Source of the DNA: Escherichia phage FL31
DNA length: 64,000 bases
Reading direction: 5' to 3' (one strand)
Sequence record: PP400782
Both the position numbers and the translations under genes were made by a program. How positions within the stretch are numbered: the stretch's first letter is position 1; each line of letters begins with the position of its first letter. This document shows positions 22,529 through 33,327 of this stretch, piece by piece. Below the pieces are notes generated by a model. That model searched no databases, was not told where the DNA came from, and saw nothing but the letters and a program-made list of their open reading frames with translations.

Positions 22529-23697
22529 AAGTATTCCAACGTCCAGGATATCCTAACTTAAGCGTTAAATTATATCAAGATTATTCGGCTTGGCAAGAAA
22601 ATAGATACGTTGAACTCGCGGCAACAATAACAACTTTAACCATGCGAGATTCGCTATATGGAAGAAATGAAGGGATTCTTCAATTTTATGACACTAAAAA
22701 CATCCACACTAAAATGGACGGTAGACAGATAGTTCAAATCTCTGTTTCAAATTCAAACACACCTCTCCAAGTTAGAACTCGAATTTATGGATGTAGACAT
22801 TATTCTGTGTCTGTGGACTCAAAAGGTGACAATATTATTGCAATTGAGCTTGGAACAATACATTCTATAGAGAACCTTAAATTTGGGCGTCCATTCTTCC
22901 CGGACGCAGGCGAATCTATACGTGAAATGTTAGGTGTCATATACAAAGACCGTGCGTTAATTACTCCGCCAATAAACACTATTAATGCTTATGTTCCTGA
23001 TATCCCTTGGACAAGCACATTTGATGATTATTTGGCATATGTCAGAGAATTAGGACTTGCTACAGCGAGTGATAAGTTCGTATTCGTATGGCAAGATATT
23101 TTAGGCGTAAACATGATTGACTACGATACTCTTATTGGACAGGAAGGCATTAAGATGATTGTAGGTGAGCCAAATACTGTAGGTCAGTATATTCAAGAGC
23201 TTGAGTATCCATTAGTATGGGATTTCACCTGGATGACTAAAGCTAACCAATTTACAAGAGACCCTATTAAAAACGCCACGATATTCGCTCATTCATTTTT
23301 AGATACATCTATTCCGGTTATTGTTACAGGCGATGGTGATAATGCTATTCTTGTGTCAAGATCCGGTGGATATTCCGAAATGACCTATCGTAATGGATTT
23401 GAAGAAGCAAGTCGTCTTCAGACAATGGCTCAATATGACGGATATGCTAAATGCACTACTACAGGCAATTTTAACATAACGCCTGCTACTAAAATTATAT
23501 TTGTTGACCAAAAGAACCAATTCAAATCCGAATTTTACGTAGATGAAGTTATTCATGAGTTATCAAATAACAACTCACAAACTCATCTGTACATGTTTAC
23601 CAACTCAATGGTGTTAGAACCTGTTAACCCAGTTAAGGTTAAAAATGAACTTAAATCTGATTCTACCTCTAAAGAAAATAATTCTACCACAGTCTAA
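22525..23697 (+). CDS. 27: baseplate hub protein gp27
   Basis: 390 aa (T4 391 aa); ATGA overlap with the gp51 stop. Confidence 0.9.
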   Translation: MKVFQRPGYPNLSVKLYQDYSAWQENRYVELAATITTLTMRDSLYGRNEGILQFYDTKNIHTKMDGRQIVQISVSNSNTPLQVRTRIYGCRHYSVSVDSKGDNIIAIELGTIHSIENLKFGRPFFPDAGESIREMLGVIYKDRALITPPINTINAYVPDIPWTSTFDDYLAYVRELGLATASDKFVFVWQDILGVNMIDYDTLIGQEGIKMIVGEPNTVGQYIQELEYPLVWDFTWMTKANQFTRDPIKNATIFAHSFLDTSIPVIVTGDGDNAILVSRSGGYSEMTYRNGFEEASRLQTMAQYDGYAKCTTTGNFNITPATKIIFVDQKNQFKSEFYVDEVIHELSNNNSQTHLYMFTNSMVLEPVNPVKVKNELKSDSTSKENNSTTV

Positions 23698-24178
23698 TAA
23701 AAAGGTAATGATTCCTAAATTAGGGCTCAAACATTATAATCTTTTAAAGGACGTTAAAGGTCCTGATGAAAACATGAAAATCTTAGCTGATTCTATTTGT
23801 AAAAATATGAGTCCCGCAGATTTTGATTTTGCATGTCTACACATATTGGAATTTAATAACAAACTTAAGTCTGAAGTTGAAAAAGATGGATTCACTTATA
23901 AACTAGATGACGTCTATGTATGCCAACGAACAGAATTCCAATTCCAAGGTAATACTTTTTATTTTAGACCACCAGGCAAATTTGAACAATTCGCTACAAT
24001 CAGTGAAATGCTATCAAATTGCTTAATAAAAGTTAATGACGAAGAGAAAGAAATTTCTTTCCTTGAGATGCCTGCTTTTGTAATCAAATGGGCAGAAGAC
24101 CTTTCGACAACTATTGCTATTCCAGGCCCTAATGGTCCTATTAAGGGTATAGCAGAAATTATTGGATTGCTTGAATGA
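23645..24178 (+). CDS. 28: baseplate hub distal subunit gp28
   Basis: 177 aa, the same as T4 gp28; overlaps the gp27 3' end. Confidence 0.8.
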   Translation: MNLNLILPLKKIILPQSNKKVMIPKLGLKHYNLLKDVKGPDENMKILADSICKNMSPADFDFACLHILEFNNKLKSEVEKDGFTYKLDDVYVCQRTEFQFQGNTFYFRPPGKFEQFATISEMLSNCLIKVNDEEKEISFLEMPAFVIKWAEDLSTTIAIPGPNGPIKGIAEIIGLLE

Positions 24179-25947
24179 AACCTGAAGAAATGAAATCCAT
24201 GCGTAGAAATAAGGTCATTGCCGATAATAAACCACAAAAAGTAGCTGCAACAGCAGCTACCGATTCATTAGAAGCATTGAATGATATTTCATCAAAACTA
24301 GACGATGTCCAAGCTGCGTCTGAACTCACATCACAAAGTGTAGAAGATAAAGGCAATGGAATTATTGAATCAATTGGAGACTTAAAGAATTCGACAGATA
24401 ATACTGCTGAAGGCACAGAGCTTATCGCAGAAGTTATTGAAAAACAAACTGAAGTCACTAAAAGTATAAACGAAGTTTCTAGTGCAATAAGCTCTAAGTT
24501 AGACCGATTAGCTACATTATTAGAGCAAAAATTACAAACATCTACCGCTATTCAAAATACAGGAGGCACCTCTCTTGAAGTAATTGAGAACGCAATACCT
24601 GTTAAAGTGGTTGAGAATGAAACTTCTGATGAGTTGTTTAAAGCATTCCCTACACCTGAAAAGATTGATAATAAGCCAGACGAAGATTTCTTCCCAGCAC
24701 CGGTTCAAGAAAGTGCTAATTCTACTTCCGATTCTAAAGGCGGAATTAGCTTTAAATTGAGCGATAAAATTGCAATGCTCACCAAAACAGTTCAAACCGG
24801 GTTTAATAAATCAATATCAATTTCAGACAGAATTGCTGGAATGCTTTTCAAATACACTATAACGGCTGCTATTGAAGCAACAAAAATGGCCGCACTTATT
24901 CTTGGTATTGTTATCGGTATTGATTTATTGATAGTCCATTTCAAATATTGGACAGACAAGTTCACTTCTGCCTGGGATTTATTTGATGAAAACTTTACTA
25001 AATTCTCCGATGAAGCTAAAGAGTGGGGTAAATTCTTAAGTGATATATTCACTTCTATTGACTCGATAAAACAATTGTGGGAAGCTGGAGACTGGGGTGG
25101 TTTAACCGTTGCTATTGTCAAAGGTGTAGGAACAGCATTAATGAACTTAGGTGAACTAATTCAATTAGGAATGGCTAAACTCTCCGCGTCTATATTGCGT
25201 GCTATAGGTTTTGGCGATACCGCGGACGAAATAGAAGGACGTGCTTTAGAAGGATTCCAAGAAACTACTGGGAACAAATTAAAGAAAGAAGACCAAGAGA
25301 AAGTCGCTAAATATCAAATGAAGCGTGACGATGGGGAATTAGGAACCGTTTCTAAAGGTCTTGATATGTTACAACGCGGCAAAACATTCGTTACTAACTG
25401 GGTTCGTGGTAATGACAATAAAGAAGAGTTTAGTACAAGCGATGAGCGTGCTGCGGAATCAGCAAAATTAAAAGAGTTACCTGAAGAGGAACGTAAAGAG
25501 GCATACATAAAAGCGAATGAAACTCGTGCGGCACTGGTTAGATTTGAAGATTATATCGATAAAATCGATATGACTAATCCGGAAAATGCTAAAAACGTCG
25601 AGAAGTCTTATGCTGATTTAAGTAAACTTATTAAAGACCCTGAACTTAATAAAACTCCTGTTATTAAAAAGGAATTAGATGCTAGATTTGAAAAGCTAAA
25701 TAATAAAATGGCTGAAGCCAAAAAGGCTCAGACAACAGTTAAGCCTGAATCTTCGTCTAAATCTCCGGAAGCAAAACAAGTTCAGTCAATAGAGAAAGGA
25801 CGTGCTTCTGAATCTAAACAACAGCAACCGGTAGCGGCGATTAGTAACACAAATAATGTCGTCAAAAAGAATACCGTAGTCCAGAATATGACCCCTGTAA
25901 CAAGTACAACGGCTCCTGGAATTTTCCATGCCACCGGTGTTAATTAA
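24175..25947 (+). CDS. 29: tail tube length determinant (tape measure) gp29
   Basis: 590 aa, the same as T4 gp29; extended helical, low-complexity protein. Confidence 0.85.
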   Translation: MKPEEMKSMRRNKVIADNKPQKVAATAATDSLEALNDISSKLDDVQAASELTSQSVEDKGNGIIESIGDLKNSTDNTAEGTELIAEVIEKQTEVTKSINEVSSAISSKLDRLATLLEQKLQTSTAIQNTGGTSLEVIENAIPVKVVENETSDELFKAFPTPEKIDNKPDEDFFPAPVQESANSTSDSKGGISFKLSDKIAMLTKTVQTGFNKSISISDRIAGMLFKYTITAAIEATKMAALILGIVIGIDLLIVHFKYWTDKFTSAWDLFDENFTKFSDEAKEWGKFLSDIFTSIDSIKQLWEAGDWGGLTVAIVKGVGTALMNLGELIQLGMAKLSASILRAIGFGDTADEIEGRALEGFQETTGNKLKKEDQEKVAKYQMKRDDGELGTVSKGLDMLQRGKTFVTNWVRGNDNKEEFSTSDERAAESAKLKELPEEERKEAYIKANETRAALVRFEDYIDKIDMTNPENAKNVEKSYADLSKLIKDPELNKTPVIKKELDARFEKLNNKMAEAKKAQTTVKPESSSKSPEAKQVQSIEKGRASESKQQQPVAAISNTNNVVKKNTVVQNMTPVTSTTAPGIFHATGVN

Positions 25948-25955
25948 GGATTATT

Positions 25956-27065
25956 ATGATTAGTGTAAAAGAAATAGTAGTAGATGCAAAGGATTTAAAT
26001 AAAGCAATCCCAGTCTCAGAAAGTGCCGGGCAAAGCACTAAAACCGAAACAACTACTAAAACTTATGTTGCTCAATTTCCTACAGGAAGAGCAGCCGGAA
26101 ATGACTCCACAGGAGACTTCCAGGTAACAGACCTTTATAAGAATGGATTATTATTTACCGCGTACAATATGTCTGCACGCGATTCAGGATCCCTCAGGAA
26201 TTTACGTCCGGCGTATGCCGGGACTTCATCTAATGGTATCATATCAGATTTAACTGATAACGTGAAAGATGCAGTGACTAAATTCTCAAATGGCTTGCTT
26301 CCTGCCGGAGCTAATAAGTCTACTATAAACAAAACTCCTGTTGCTAATATACTTTTGCCACGTTCCAAATCTGATGTTGATACAACTTCACATCGTTTTA
26401 ATGATATCGGTGATAGCCTTATTACTAAAGGTGGAGGTACTGCTACAGGTGTTTTAAGTAACATTGCTTCTACTGCAGTTTTTGGTGCATTAGATTCTAT
26501 TACTCAAGGGCTTATGGCTGATAATAACGAGCAGATTTATACGACTTCTCGTAGTATGTATGGCGGTGCCGAGAACCGTACTAAAGTCTTTACATGGGAT
26601 TTAACTCCGCGTTCAACTGAAGACCTTATGGCTATTATAAACATTTACCAGTATTTTAACTATTTCTCATATGGTGAGACCGGTAAATCACAGTACGCCC
26701 AAGAGATTAAAAGTTATTTAGACGAATGGTACCGTTCAACGTTTATTGAGCCTATGACGCCAGATGATGCAGTAAAAAATAAGACATTGTTTGAAAAGAT
26801 TACTGCGTCATTAACAAATGTATTAGTTGTAAGCAACCCTACAATTTGGATGGTTAAAAACTTTGGTTATACATCTAAATTTGATGGATTAACTGACGTA
26901 TTTGGTCCATGCCAAATTCAAAGCGTACGTTTTGATAAAACTCCAAATGGACAATTTAATGGTCTTGCTGTTGCTCCTAACTTACCGTCAACATTTACGT
27001 TAGAGATAACAATGCGAGAAATTATTACATTAAACCGTTCTTCACTTTATGCGGGGACTTTCTAA
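25956..27065 (+). CDS. 48: baseplate-tail tube junction protein gp48
   Basis: 369 aa (T4 364 aa); position 29-48-54. Confidence 0.85.
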   Translation: MISVKEIVVDAKDLNKAIPVSESAGQSTKTETTTKTYVAQFPTGRAAGNDSTGDFQVTDLYKNGLLFTAYNMSARDSGSLRNLRPAYAGTSSNGIISDLTDNVKDAVTKFSNGLLPAGANKSTINKTPVANILLPRSKSDVDTTSHRFNDIGDSLITKGGGTATGVLSNIASTAVFGALDSITQGLMADNNEQIYTTSRSMYGGAENRTKVFTWDLTPRSTEDLMAIINIYQYFNYFSYGETGKSQYAQEIKSYLDEWYRSTFIEPMTPDDAVKNKTLFEKITASLTNVLVVSNPTIWMVKNFGYTSKFDGLTDVFGPCQIQSVRFDKTPNGQFNGLAVAPNLPSTFTLEITMREIITLNRSSLYAGTF

Positions 27066-28027
27066 TGTACTCTTTAGAAGAATTTAATAACCAAGCTATA
27101 AATGCAGATTTCCAACGAAACAATATGTTTAGTTGTGTATTTGCTACTACACCATCGACTAAATCATCTTCACTAATTTCGTCAATTGGTAGTTTTGCTT
27201 ATAGTAACTTAGGGTTGGATTCCGATTGGCTAGGATTGTCTCAAGGTGATATCAATCAGGGCGTAACAACCCTGATTACAGCAGGAACACAGAAATTAAT
27301 TCGAAAATCAGGTGTAAGTAAATATCTGATTGGAGCAATGAGTCAACGTACGGTACAAAGCTTGTTAGGTGAGTTCACAGTAGGAACTTATCTGATAGAC
27401 TTCTTCAATATGGCATATAATAATACAGGTTTAATGATTTATTCTGTAAAAATGCCTGAGAACCGATTATCTTATGAAACGGATTTCAACTATAACTCCC
27501 CGAACATCCGAATTACCGGCCGTGAAATGGACCCGTTAGTAATAAGCTTTAGAATGGATTCTGAAGCATCTAACTTTAGAGCAATGCAAGACTGGGTAAA
27601 CTCAGTCCAAGACCCTGTAACAGGTCTTCGTGCTTTACCACAAGACGTCGAAGCAGATATTCAGGTTAATTTACATGCACGAAATGGTTTACCACATACC
27701 GCTGTTATGTTCACCGGATGTATTCCTGTTAGCGTCTCTTCTCCTGAGTTAACGTATGATGGTGATAATCAGATAACAGTTTTTGATGTAACATTTGCTT
27801 ATCGTGTTATGCAATCAGGTGCTGTAAATAGACAGGCTGCTTTAGAATGGCTGGAATCAGGACTTATTAGTAGTGTTTCAGGAATGTTTGGAAATAATCA
27901 GAATGATTCTGGACTAGGAAGTGCAGTATCAAGACTTTCTAGATTAGGTGGGACTGCTGGTGGTGTGTCTAATATAAACACATTGACAGGTGTGGTGAAT
28001 TCTGCGTCAAGAGTTTTAGGACTATAA
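27065..28027 (+). CDS. 54: baseplate-tail tube initiator gp54
   Basis: 320 aa, the same as T4 gp54; start overlaps the gp48 stop. Confidence 0.85.
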   Translation: MYSLEEFNNQAINADFQRNNMFSCVFATTPSTKSSSLISSIGSFAYSNLGLDSDWLGLSQGDINQGVTTLITAGTQKLIRKSGVSKYLIGAMSQRTVQSLLGEFTVGTYLIDFFNMAYNNTGLMIYSVKMPENRLSYETDFNYNSPNIRITGREMDPLVISFRMDSEASNFRAMQDWVNSVQDPVTGLRALPQDVEADIQVNLHARNGLPHTAVMFTGCIPVSVSSPELTYDGDNQITVFDVTFAYRVMQSGAVNRQAALEWLESGLISSVSGMFGNNQNDSGLGSAVSRLSRLGGTAGGVSNINTLTGVVNSASRVLGL

Positions 28028-28033
28028 GAAAAA

Positions 28034-28050
28034 GGGAGACGTTGTCTCCC
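28034..28050. terminator. bidirectional terminator between gene 54 (+) and the alt cluster (-)
   Basis: GGGAGAC-GUU-GUCUCCC flanked by AAAA and UUU. Confidence 0.65.
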
Positions 28051-28059
28051 TTTAGGGGT

Positions 28060-28353
28060 TTATTTACGGAATGAAAGGAATGCTGGTGCTCGGAATGGAG
28101 TATCATCTTTAGAGTATTTAACTAATACGACCATTGGTACCTCTGTTTCTAAATGACCTGTCACTACACCGATAAAAATTTGATCAGTGTGCTCAGGGTC
28201 ACGAAAGTTTTTAAGAGGTTCCATAGCAATATGGAATGCACCTGGGAATACTCGATTCAATTCGTCAATCACAGCTTCGTTAAAAACATCATCCGCTGGG
28301 ATAGCATCTTCAACTACTAGTTCTTGACCATTAAAGCGAAGCATAGATTTCAT
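28060..28353 (-). CDS. hypothetical early protein (97 aa; T4 alt.-1 region)
   Basis: The track ORF starts at a TTG upstream of its own promoter; re-set to the first ATG (codon 25), which has a GAGGAAA SD and lies downstream of the early promoter at 28383-28412. Confidence 0.5.
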   Translation of the reverse strand: MKSMLRFNGQELVVEDAIPADDVFNEAVIDELNRVFPGAFHIAMEPLKNFRDPEHTDQIFIGVVTGHLETEVPMVVLVKYSKDDTPFRAPAFLSFRK

Positions 28354-28382
28354 AACGTTTTCCTCATGTTGTTGATGGGACA

Positions 28383-28412
28383 ATAGTATCACACATCCAT
28401 GTGTTTGTAAAC
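28383..28412 (-). promoter_or_regulatory. early promoter downstream of alt
   Basis: Minus strand GTTTAC, 18-nt spacer, TGTGA-TACTAT; the -35 overlaps the alt stop. Confidence 0.6.
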
Positions 28413-30499
28413 TATCCTTGGACAAATTTAAACGGAACTGATTCTAAATCCATTAAAGATGCTAACAATTTCAAACCTTTAGGTGCACTAGTTTTTTCTA
28501 CAAATGAGGCAAAAGATACCGGCTCATCTGATTCGATTTCACCCGTCATAGCAACTACCTCGCCTGTTTCCATGAGAACATCACCATCGTAAATGACAGC
28601 TTCGTCCAACTGGTCCGATGACATGACTTCAGCTTGAATAAATTTAAGGTTGGATTCTAAACCTGCACCAGTGTCAGATGACGCATCTGTAATTTTATTT
28701 ATCTGTAAGAGAATGCCTCTAGGCAAAATAATTTCTTGCTCATTAGGGTGATTACTCAACTGCCCCGGATAAATCACGTTAACTTTATGAGCGCCATCAA
28801 TAGCCCATCCAACATTAACACGAATTTGTTCTGGCGCATGCATAGCGGTACGCACCAGGCTAGGAGAAATAGTAACACCTTCGTCATTATTGTCAATGTT
28901 AAGCTCTTTGCGAACTTCTTCAGGAGCAAGTCCAAGGGCAACGTTCTCTTTAAACCCACCGAAAATAATAGGAGCTAGTGAAGTGGAAACATAGTTTCTG
29001 AAGTAGAATACCTTATTTTTAACCATTGCTTCGTAAATAGGCATTCTGATAGACTGAGCTCTATATAACGTTAGTCCTTCAGGTAAACGATCTCCATTTA
29101 AAAACGCTGAATCAAGACCATCAATAGCGCGTTTAACTTCATCTTCATCTGCAACATCGTAAAAATCTGGTTTATAACGACCTAACAACATATTATTGAT
29201 ATCGGTATACGCAGAAGAGGCATATTCACGAATAGCTCGTTTTTCAGCAACAGAGTATTGTTTAGGGTCCCGATTCATTGTTATATTAAAGGTGCCTCTA
29301 GCCGATTCTCGTGCATAAGTATACATCACATTAGACAAGAACGCTGATTTACGTTGTTTCCAAGTTTTTTCAGATACTTCAGCCAAAACATCGTCTGCCA
29401 GTTGGAAATTATCTCGTCTAAAATCTTCAAACCATTCGTCTCTAATAGAGTCTGCAATTTCATTTGCAGCTTCAACAAAAGCAGCTAATGCTTTAACAGA
29501 TGTTGTTTTTTCGGTTTTAATTTTCTTAGCAAACTTTTCTAAAGTTGGCTTAATAACACTACCATAAGAAACTTCATCAGCAAATCTAAAGGATTCATCA
29601 ATACGATTATAAATCTTATTTTCGATATCAGCAACTAAAGTGCCTTTTGCTGTGGATGATGCTTGGGCTAGTACGATTTCATATGCTTCAGGAAGTAATT
29701 CGGCTGTAGCCGGGCCACTAACTTCTTTAGCAGAATTTTCGTATTTCTGGAATAACTCACCTTCTTGGCGGTCAGCTTCTAAAGATTGGCTTGCGGCAAT
29801 AGCGCGCCGAGAAATTTTAGTACGAGCAATAACAGGCTTATCTTTACGTTTTTCTTCTACAGCAGCAATAGAACCAGCGATAGCCGTTTCTTTGGTGACC
29901 GTTTCGCCAGTCTTTTTACTCACATAAACTTCGCCAACATCAGAATCTACTTTCGTGTACAACTCTGTGTTAATGTTAGGGATGCCTTTAATATCTTCAA
30001 TGTTGGCATTTTTACGAACCATCATCACATAAGTGTGTTTACCTGTGAATTGATACATTGCCGACAATACTTTAAAACGACCACCGGTTTTAGTAGAAAC
30101 TAAACGAGCAAGAAGAGTTTGAAGTTGCTGTCCACGTCCTTTCAATTTCTTGGTAGGGAATCGGAACAGAACTGCATCCATACGAAGAGCTTTAACCTGT
30201 TCATACACTGTATTGAAAATGGTGTTGATTGCATCAATAGGAGCAGGGCCAAGGCCATTTTTCAATTCAGCTAGATTACCCTTTTCAGACAGACTCATAA
30301 TAACAACATGAGCGTATTTGTCGCCAAGTTTAACTTGTTTTACAGCGTCGCCTTCGGAAAGGTAAGAGAATAAACGAACTACAATATTTGTATCGATATC
30401 ACCAATTTTCCAGACTTGTGGAACTTTAGCTTTAGGGTTCAAATTGACGACAGGAAGACTGCCTTCAGATTCAAACACTTCATTTAATTGTTCAGACAT
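28412..30499 (-). CDS. alt: Alt-like capsid-packaged ADP-ribosyltransferase
   Basis: 695 aa (T4 Alt 682 aa) located between gene 54 and DNA ligase as in T4; assigned by size, position and recalled similarity, motifs not verified. Confidence 0.75.
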   Translation of the reverse strand: MSEQLNEVFESEGSLPVVNLNPKAKVPQVWKIGDIDTNIVVRLFSYLSEGDAVKQVKLGDKYAHVVIMSLSEKGNLAELKNGLGPAPIDAINTIFNTVYEQVKALRMDAVLFRFPTKKLKGRGQQLQTLLARLVSTKTGGRFKVLSAMYQFTGKHTYVMMVRKNANIEDIKGIPNINTELYTKVDSDVGEVYVSKKTGETVTKETAIAGSIAAVEEKRKDKPVIARTKISRRAIAASQSLEADRQEGELFQKYENSAKEVSGPATAELLPEAYEIVLAQASSTAKGTLVADIENKIYNRIDESFRFADEVSYGSVIKPTLEKFAKKIKTEKTTSVKALAAFVEAANEIADSIRDEWFEDFRRDNFQLADDVLAEVSEKTWKQRKSAFLSNVMYTYARESARGTFNITMNRDPKQYSVAEKRAIREYASSAYTDINNMLLGRYKPDFYDVADEDEVKRAIDGLDSAFLNGDRLPEGLTLYRAQSIRMPIYEAMVKNKVFYFRNYVSTSLAPIIFGGFKENVALGLAPEEVRKELNIDNNDEGVTISPSLVRTAMHAPEQIRVNVGWAIDGAHKVNVIYPGQLSNHPNEQEIILPRGILLQINKITDASSDTGAGLESNLKFIQAEVMSSDQLDEAVIYDGDVLMETGEVVAMTGEIESDEPVSFASFVEKTSAPKGLKLLASLMDLESVPFKFVQG

Positions 30500-30538
30500 A
30501 GTGTTTTCCTTTTAGTAATAATTTATATTTATGCCAAA

Positions 30539-30556
30539 AAGAGCCCGAAGGCTCTT
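30539..30556 (-). terminator. terminator-like hairpin upstream of alt
   Basis: Minus-strand AAGAGCC-UUCG-GGCUCUU followed by UUUUGG. Confidence 0.55.
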
Positions 30557-30743
30557 AATCCACAATCGGAAGCAAAGTACGATAAACTTCAAAATTAGGG
30601 CCTTTTTCATACCCATTAACGTTATCTACGAAAACCCGATACGAATTTTCATTAGGAAAATCTAATATAATCTGAGAGCAAGAGGTGGAAACATCTCCAC
30701 CATCCTTCTTAGCTACAATAACTGTTTCTAAATAAGCTTTCAT
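30555..30743 (-). CDS. hypothetical protein (62 aa; T4 alt.1 position)
   Basis: The track start is GTG; first ATG (codon 8) overlaps the gene 30 stop as TAATG. Confidence 0.45.
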   Translation of the reverse strand: MKAYLETVIVAKKDGGDVSTSCSQIILDFPNENSYRVFVDNVNGYEKGPNFEVYRTLLPIVD

Positions 30744-32236
30744 TATAAACCTGTCTGGGACCACGGTCCAAATACGTCTTCAAATGAATCCGCTTCTGTT
30801 TTATCAAAACGGAACCCTTTAATAATTGGAAGGAAAATACCTACAGTACCTTCACGGCCTTTAGAATGAACCCAACCATTGCATTCACAATCAGCAATAC
30901 GTCCAATCAATTTACCTTCACGAGCTTCGGTCATTAATCGTTCACGGTCCAAATCATGACGCTCATCTAAAGGAATAAGAACCTTTACACCATCAACTGT
31001 TTTATGAGTTGTATCTTTAAACCCTGAACCACAATCAGTTGTAATACGACGACAACGTGATACGAGTTCGACACCACCTAATTTGTTAGGGTCTTTAGAG
31101 TGTTCATAGTATCCTACAACTTCTAAAGCGATATCAATAACTTCTTTAAATTTAATTAGGTTCTTAGAGCGTTTGTTTTCCCAGTATGAATCACGGTTTT
31201 TAAGGATAATACCTTCAAGACCTTGGTCAACATATTTTTTATAAACCACTTTAGCTTCATCAAGATTACGAACTAACTGGTTTTCGATAGGTTCAATTCG
31301 TTTAAAGCCTTCAGCCATATTTTCAAGAGCAGCAAAACGAACATCGTATTTCTGACCTTTAATTTTGCCGTCAGAATAGACTTCATCTAAAGGAACATAG
31401 TCCCAGGCTTGAAGAACCATACCTTCCGCTTCTTTAGGAGAAATAGTCCCTTGAAGAGATTTATTTGCTAAACCGTTTGAAGTGCTACGGTCTGCAACTT
31501 GTACTTCTTCGGATTCTTCATTATCACCAAATAAGAACGACAAGTCATTTCCTGAGCTCACAGCCTTTTTAATATCAAATGAATGATAAACTAATTCACC
31601 GTCGATTAAAACCCCATTAGGGTGTCTTTCACGAGCTTCTTTAGTCATTTCCATTAGTTCATCCGCTAATAGAGTAAGACCATGGTATTCATTACCAGCA
31701 CGAGAAAAGAATTGAACACCATCATCGCGAACTTCAGCGAAACAACGAGCACCATCTGCTTTTAATTGGGCAAATGCAGGCCATTTAATATTTTTAGTAA
31801 TCAATTTCTCGTCATATGCAGATGCTAACATCTGTGGTTGCAATTGAATAAGTCCAGGCCACACCTTATTCGCGATAGACACTGAAGCACCTACTTCAAG
31901 GTCGCGCATCATTACACGACGAAGGACTTCTACATCATCAGGTTTACCGTCAGCGATATAACCCATGAGCTCTTTAATTGCAGCATTACCAGTGAGTTTA
32001 CGAGTGGCTAATGTGAACTCAATAAAATCCAACATGTCATCTAATTCAAGAAGACCATACGCTTGAGACCTTTCACCTGGTCCTGGCCATTTCTTAATAT
32101 AATACTGGATACCACGTGCATATGTTAAACGATACACACGTTCAAGTAATTTGTTGTCCTTATTTTTCTTAAGGATTTCCTGTTTTGTTTTAGTAGAACC
32201 GATCGCAGCTATTTGGTTTAAAATATCTAAAATCAT
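30743..32236 (-). CDS. 30: ATP-dependent DNA ligase gp30
   Basis: 497 aa; adenylation motif KADGAR; MILDILNQIAAIGSTKTKQEILKKNKDNKLLERVYRLTYARGIQYYI... matches recalled T4 DNA ligase. Confidence 0.95.
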   Translation of the reverse strand: MILDILNQIAAIGSTKTKQEILKKNKDNKLLERVYRLTYARGIQYYIKKWPGPGERSQAYGLLELDDMLDFIEFTLATRKLTGNAAIKELMGYIADGKPDDVEVLRRVMMRDLEVGASVSIANKVWPGLIQLQPQMLASAYDEKLITKNIKWPAFAQLKADGARCFAEVRDDGVQFFSRAGNEYHGLTLLADELMEMTKEARERHPNGVLIDGELVYHSFDIKKAVSSGNDLSFLFGDNEESEEVQVADRSTSNGLANKSLQGTISPKEAEGMVLQAWDYVPLDEVYSDGKIKGQKYDVRFAALENMAEGFKRIEPIENQLVRNLDEAKVVYKKYVDQGLEGIILKNRDSYWENKRSKNLIKFKEVIDIALEVVGYYEHSKDPNKLGGVELVSRCRRITTDCGSGFKDTTHKTVDGVKVLIPLDERHDLDRERLMTEAREGKLIGRIADCECNGWVHSKGREGTVGIFLPIIKGFRFDKTEADSFEDVFGPWSQTGL

Positions 32237-32502
32237 TTGATGTCCTCGATTTTGGTTACGGTTCTATTATAAGCCACTTCATCTAGAAGCGATTTCAGCG
32301 TTTTCTGATAAGTGGTAATCCATTTACCGAGACCTTCAACATAGTATTCTGAAATGTAGATGAACCCTTGTTCAACACACTCTTTAAATATTTCTGCGTC
32401 TTTTACTAAACGAAACAACGGCCAGTCTCGAAAGAACATGTTAACGTGACCGTAGTCACGCGTTGTGTTTTTGCCATCTGTAATATCATGAACTACAAAC
32501 AT
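32233..32502 (-). CDS. hypothetical protein (89 aa; T4 30.1 position)
   Basis: ATG start; overlaps the gene 30 start. Confidence 0.5.
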   Translation of the reverse strand: MFVVHDITDGKNTTRDYGHVNMFFRDWPLFRLVKDAEIFKECVEQGFIYISEYYVEGLGKWITTYQKTLKSLLDEVAYNRTVTKIEDIK

Positions 32503-32511
32503 AATTAACCC

Positions 32512-33327
32512 TTAACAATTTATAGACCAAGTCCATTTGGACGAATCTAAAGGAAAGTTTTGAATCGTCCACCATGGCTGCATATCGGTTGGTCCTGGAG
32601 TTCGCCAGGTATACGGATTCGACGGAGCGCCGATTTGATTAGGCCATGCGCCTGGACTTGTTGCACCAGATTCTTTAAGCAAATCCGCCAATCGTTTTAA
32701 AAGGTCTTCACGATCTGAATCTGAATTATGCTCAGGTGGAACCAAACGAGATTCAATATCATCCCACGTGTGTACACGTTGTGCAGTACGAGGAATGGCA
32801 TCACGTTCACCACGAGCCAACCAATAAATCGGTACATTAAGAATTTCTGCCGCATGGTCACAGTGATGAGCTAAATCGTCAACGTAACAAATCACGTTAT
32901 ATTTTGTTTTAGCTAGTTCAAATAATTGTTCCTTTGACGAATCATGACCACACATCATTACTTCAGAAAAAGCGCCTGGGAACAAAGCATTCAAATTAAA
33001 TTGTCTATTCAATCGAGCATCAATTGAATCACCTAGCGCCGTCACGGCTACAAAATTATAGTCTTCTTTTAGTTTATTGATAACTCGAAGAGCATCAGAA
33101 TAAGGCGCTAAGTAACGAATAAAATCAGAGCTATTATATTTTTCTATTAATTGTTTACCAAGGTTATCGTCGGTATTGAACAGTTTACCAGGAGAAATAA
33201 ATTTTTCGTCCTGAATCATTTTTAAAATATGTTCTAATGGAAGGTTATATTTTTGGGCAAAATAAGGAAGTCCAGATTGCCAGCTTAAACATACACCATC
33301 AATATCAGTCAAAATAGTAGGCTTCAT
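32512..33327 (-). CDS. predicted HAD-superfamily phosphatase (271 aa; T4 30.2 position)
   Basis: N-terminal LTDIDGV (HAD motif I DxD) and CYVDDL (motif IV-like); function inferred from motifs only. Confidence 0.5.
   Translation of the reverse strand: MKPTILTDIDGVCLSWQSGLPYFAQKYNLPLEHILKMIQDEKFISPGKLFNTDDNLGKQLIEKYNSSDFIRYLAPYSDALRVINKLKEDYNFVAVTALGDSIDARLNRQFNLNALFPGAFSEVMMCGHDSSKEQLFELAKTKYNVICYVDDLAHHCDHAAEILNVPIYWLARGERDAIPRTAQRVHTWDDIESRLVPPEHNSDSDREDLLKRLADLLKESGATSPGAWPNQIGAPSNPYTWRTPGPTDMQPWWTIQNFPLDSSKWTWSINC

Noticed and set aside
30500-30540. TATAAATT upstream of alt, as a late promoter
   Set aside because: One mismatch to the otherwise exact TATAAATA cores used throughout the window, and the A/T-rich context makes near-matches common; left unannotated.
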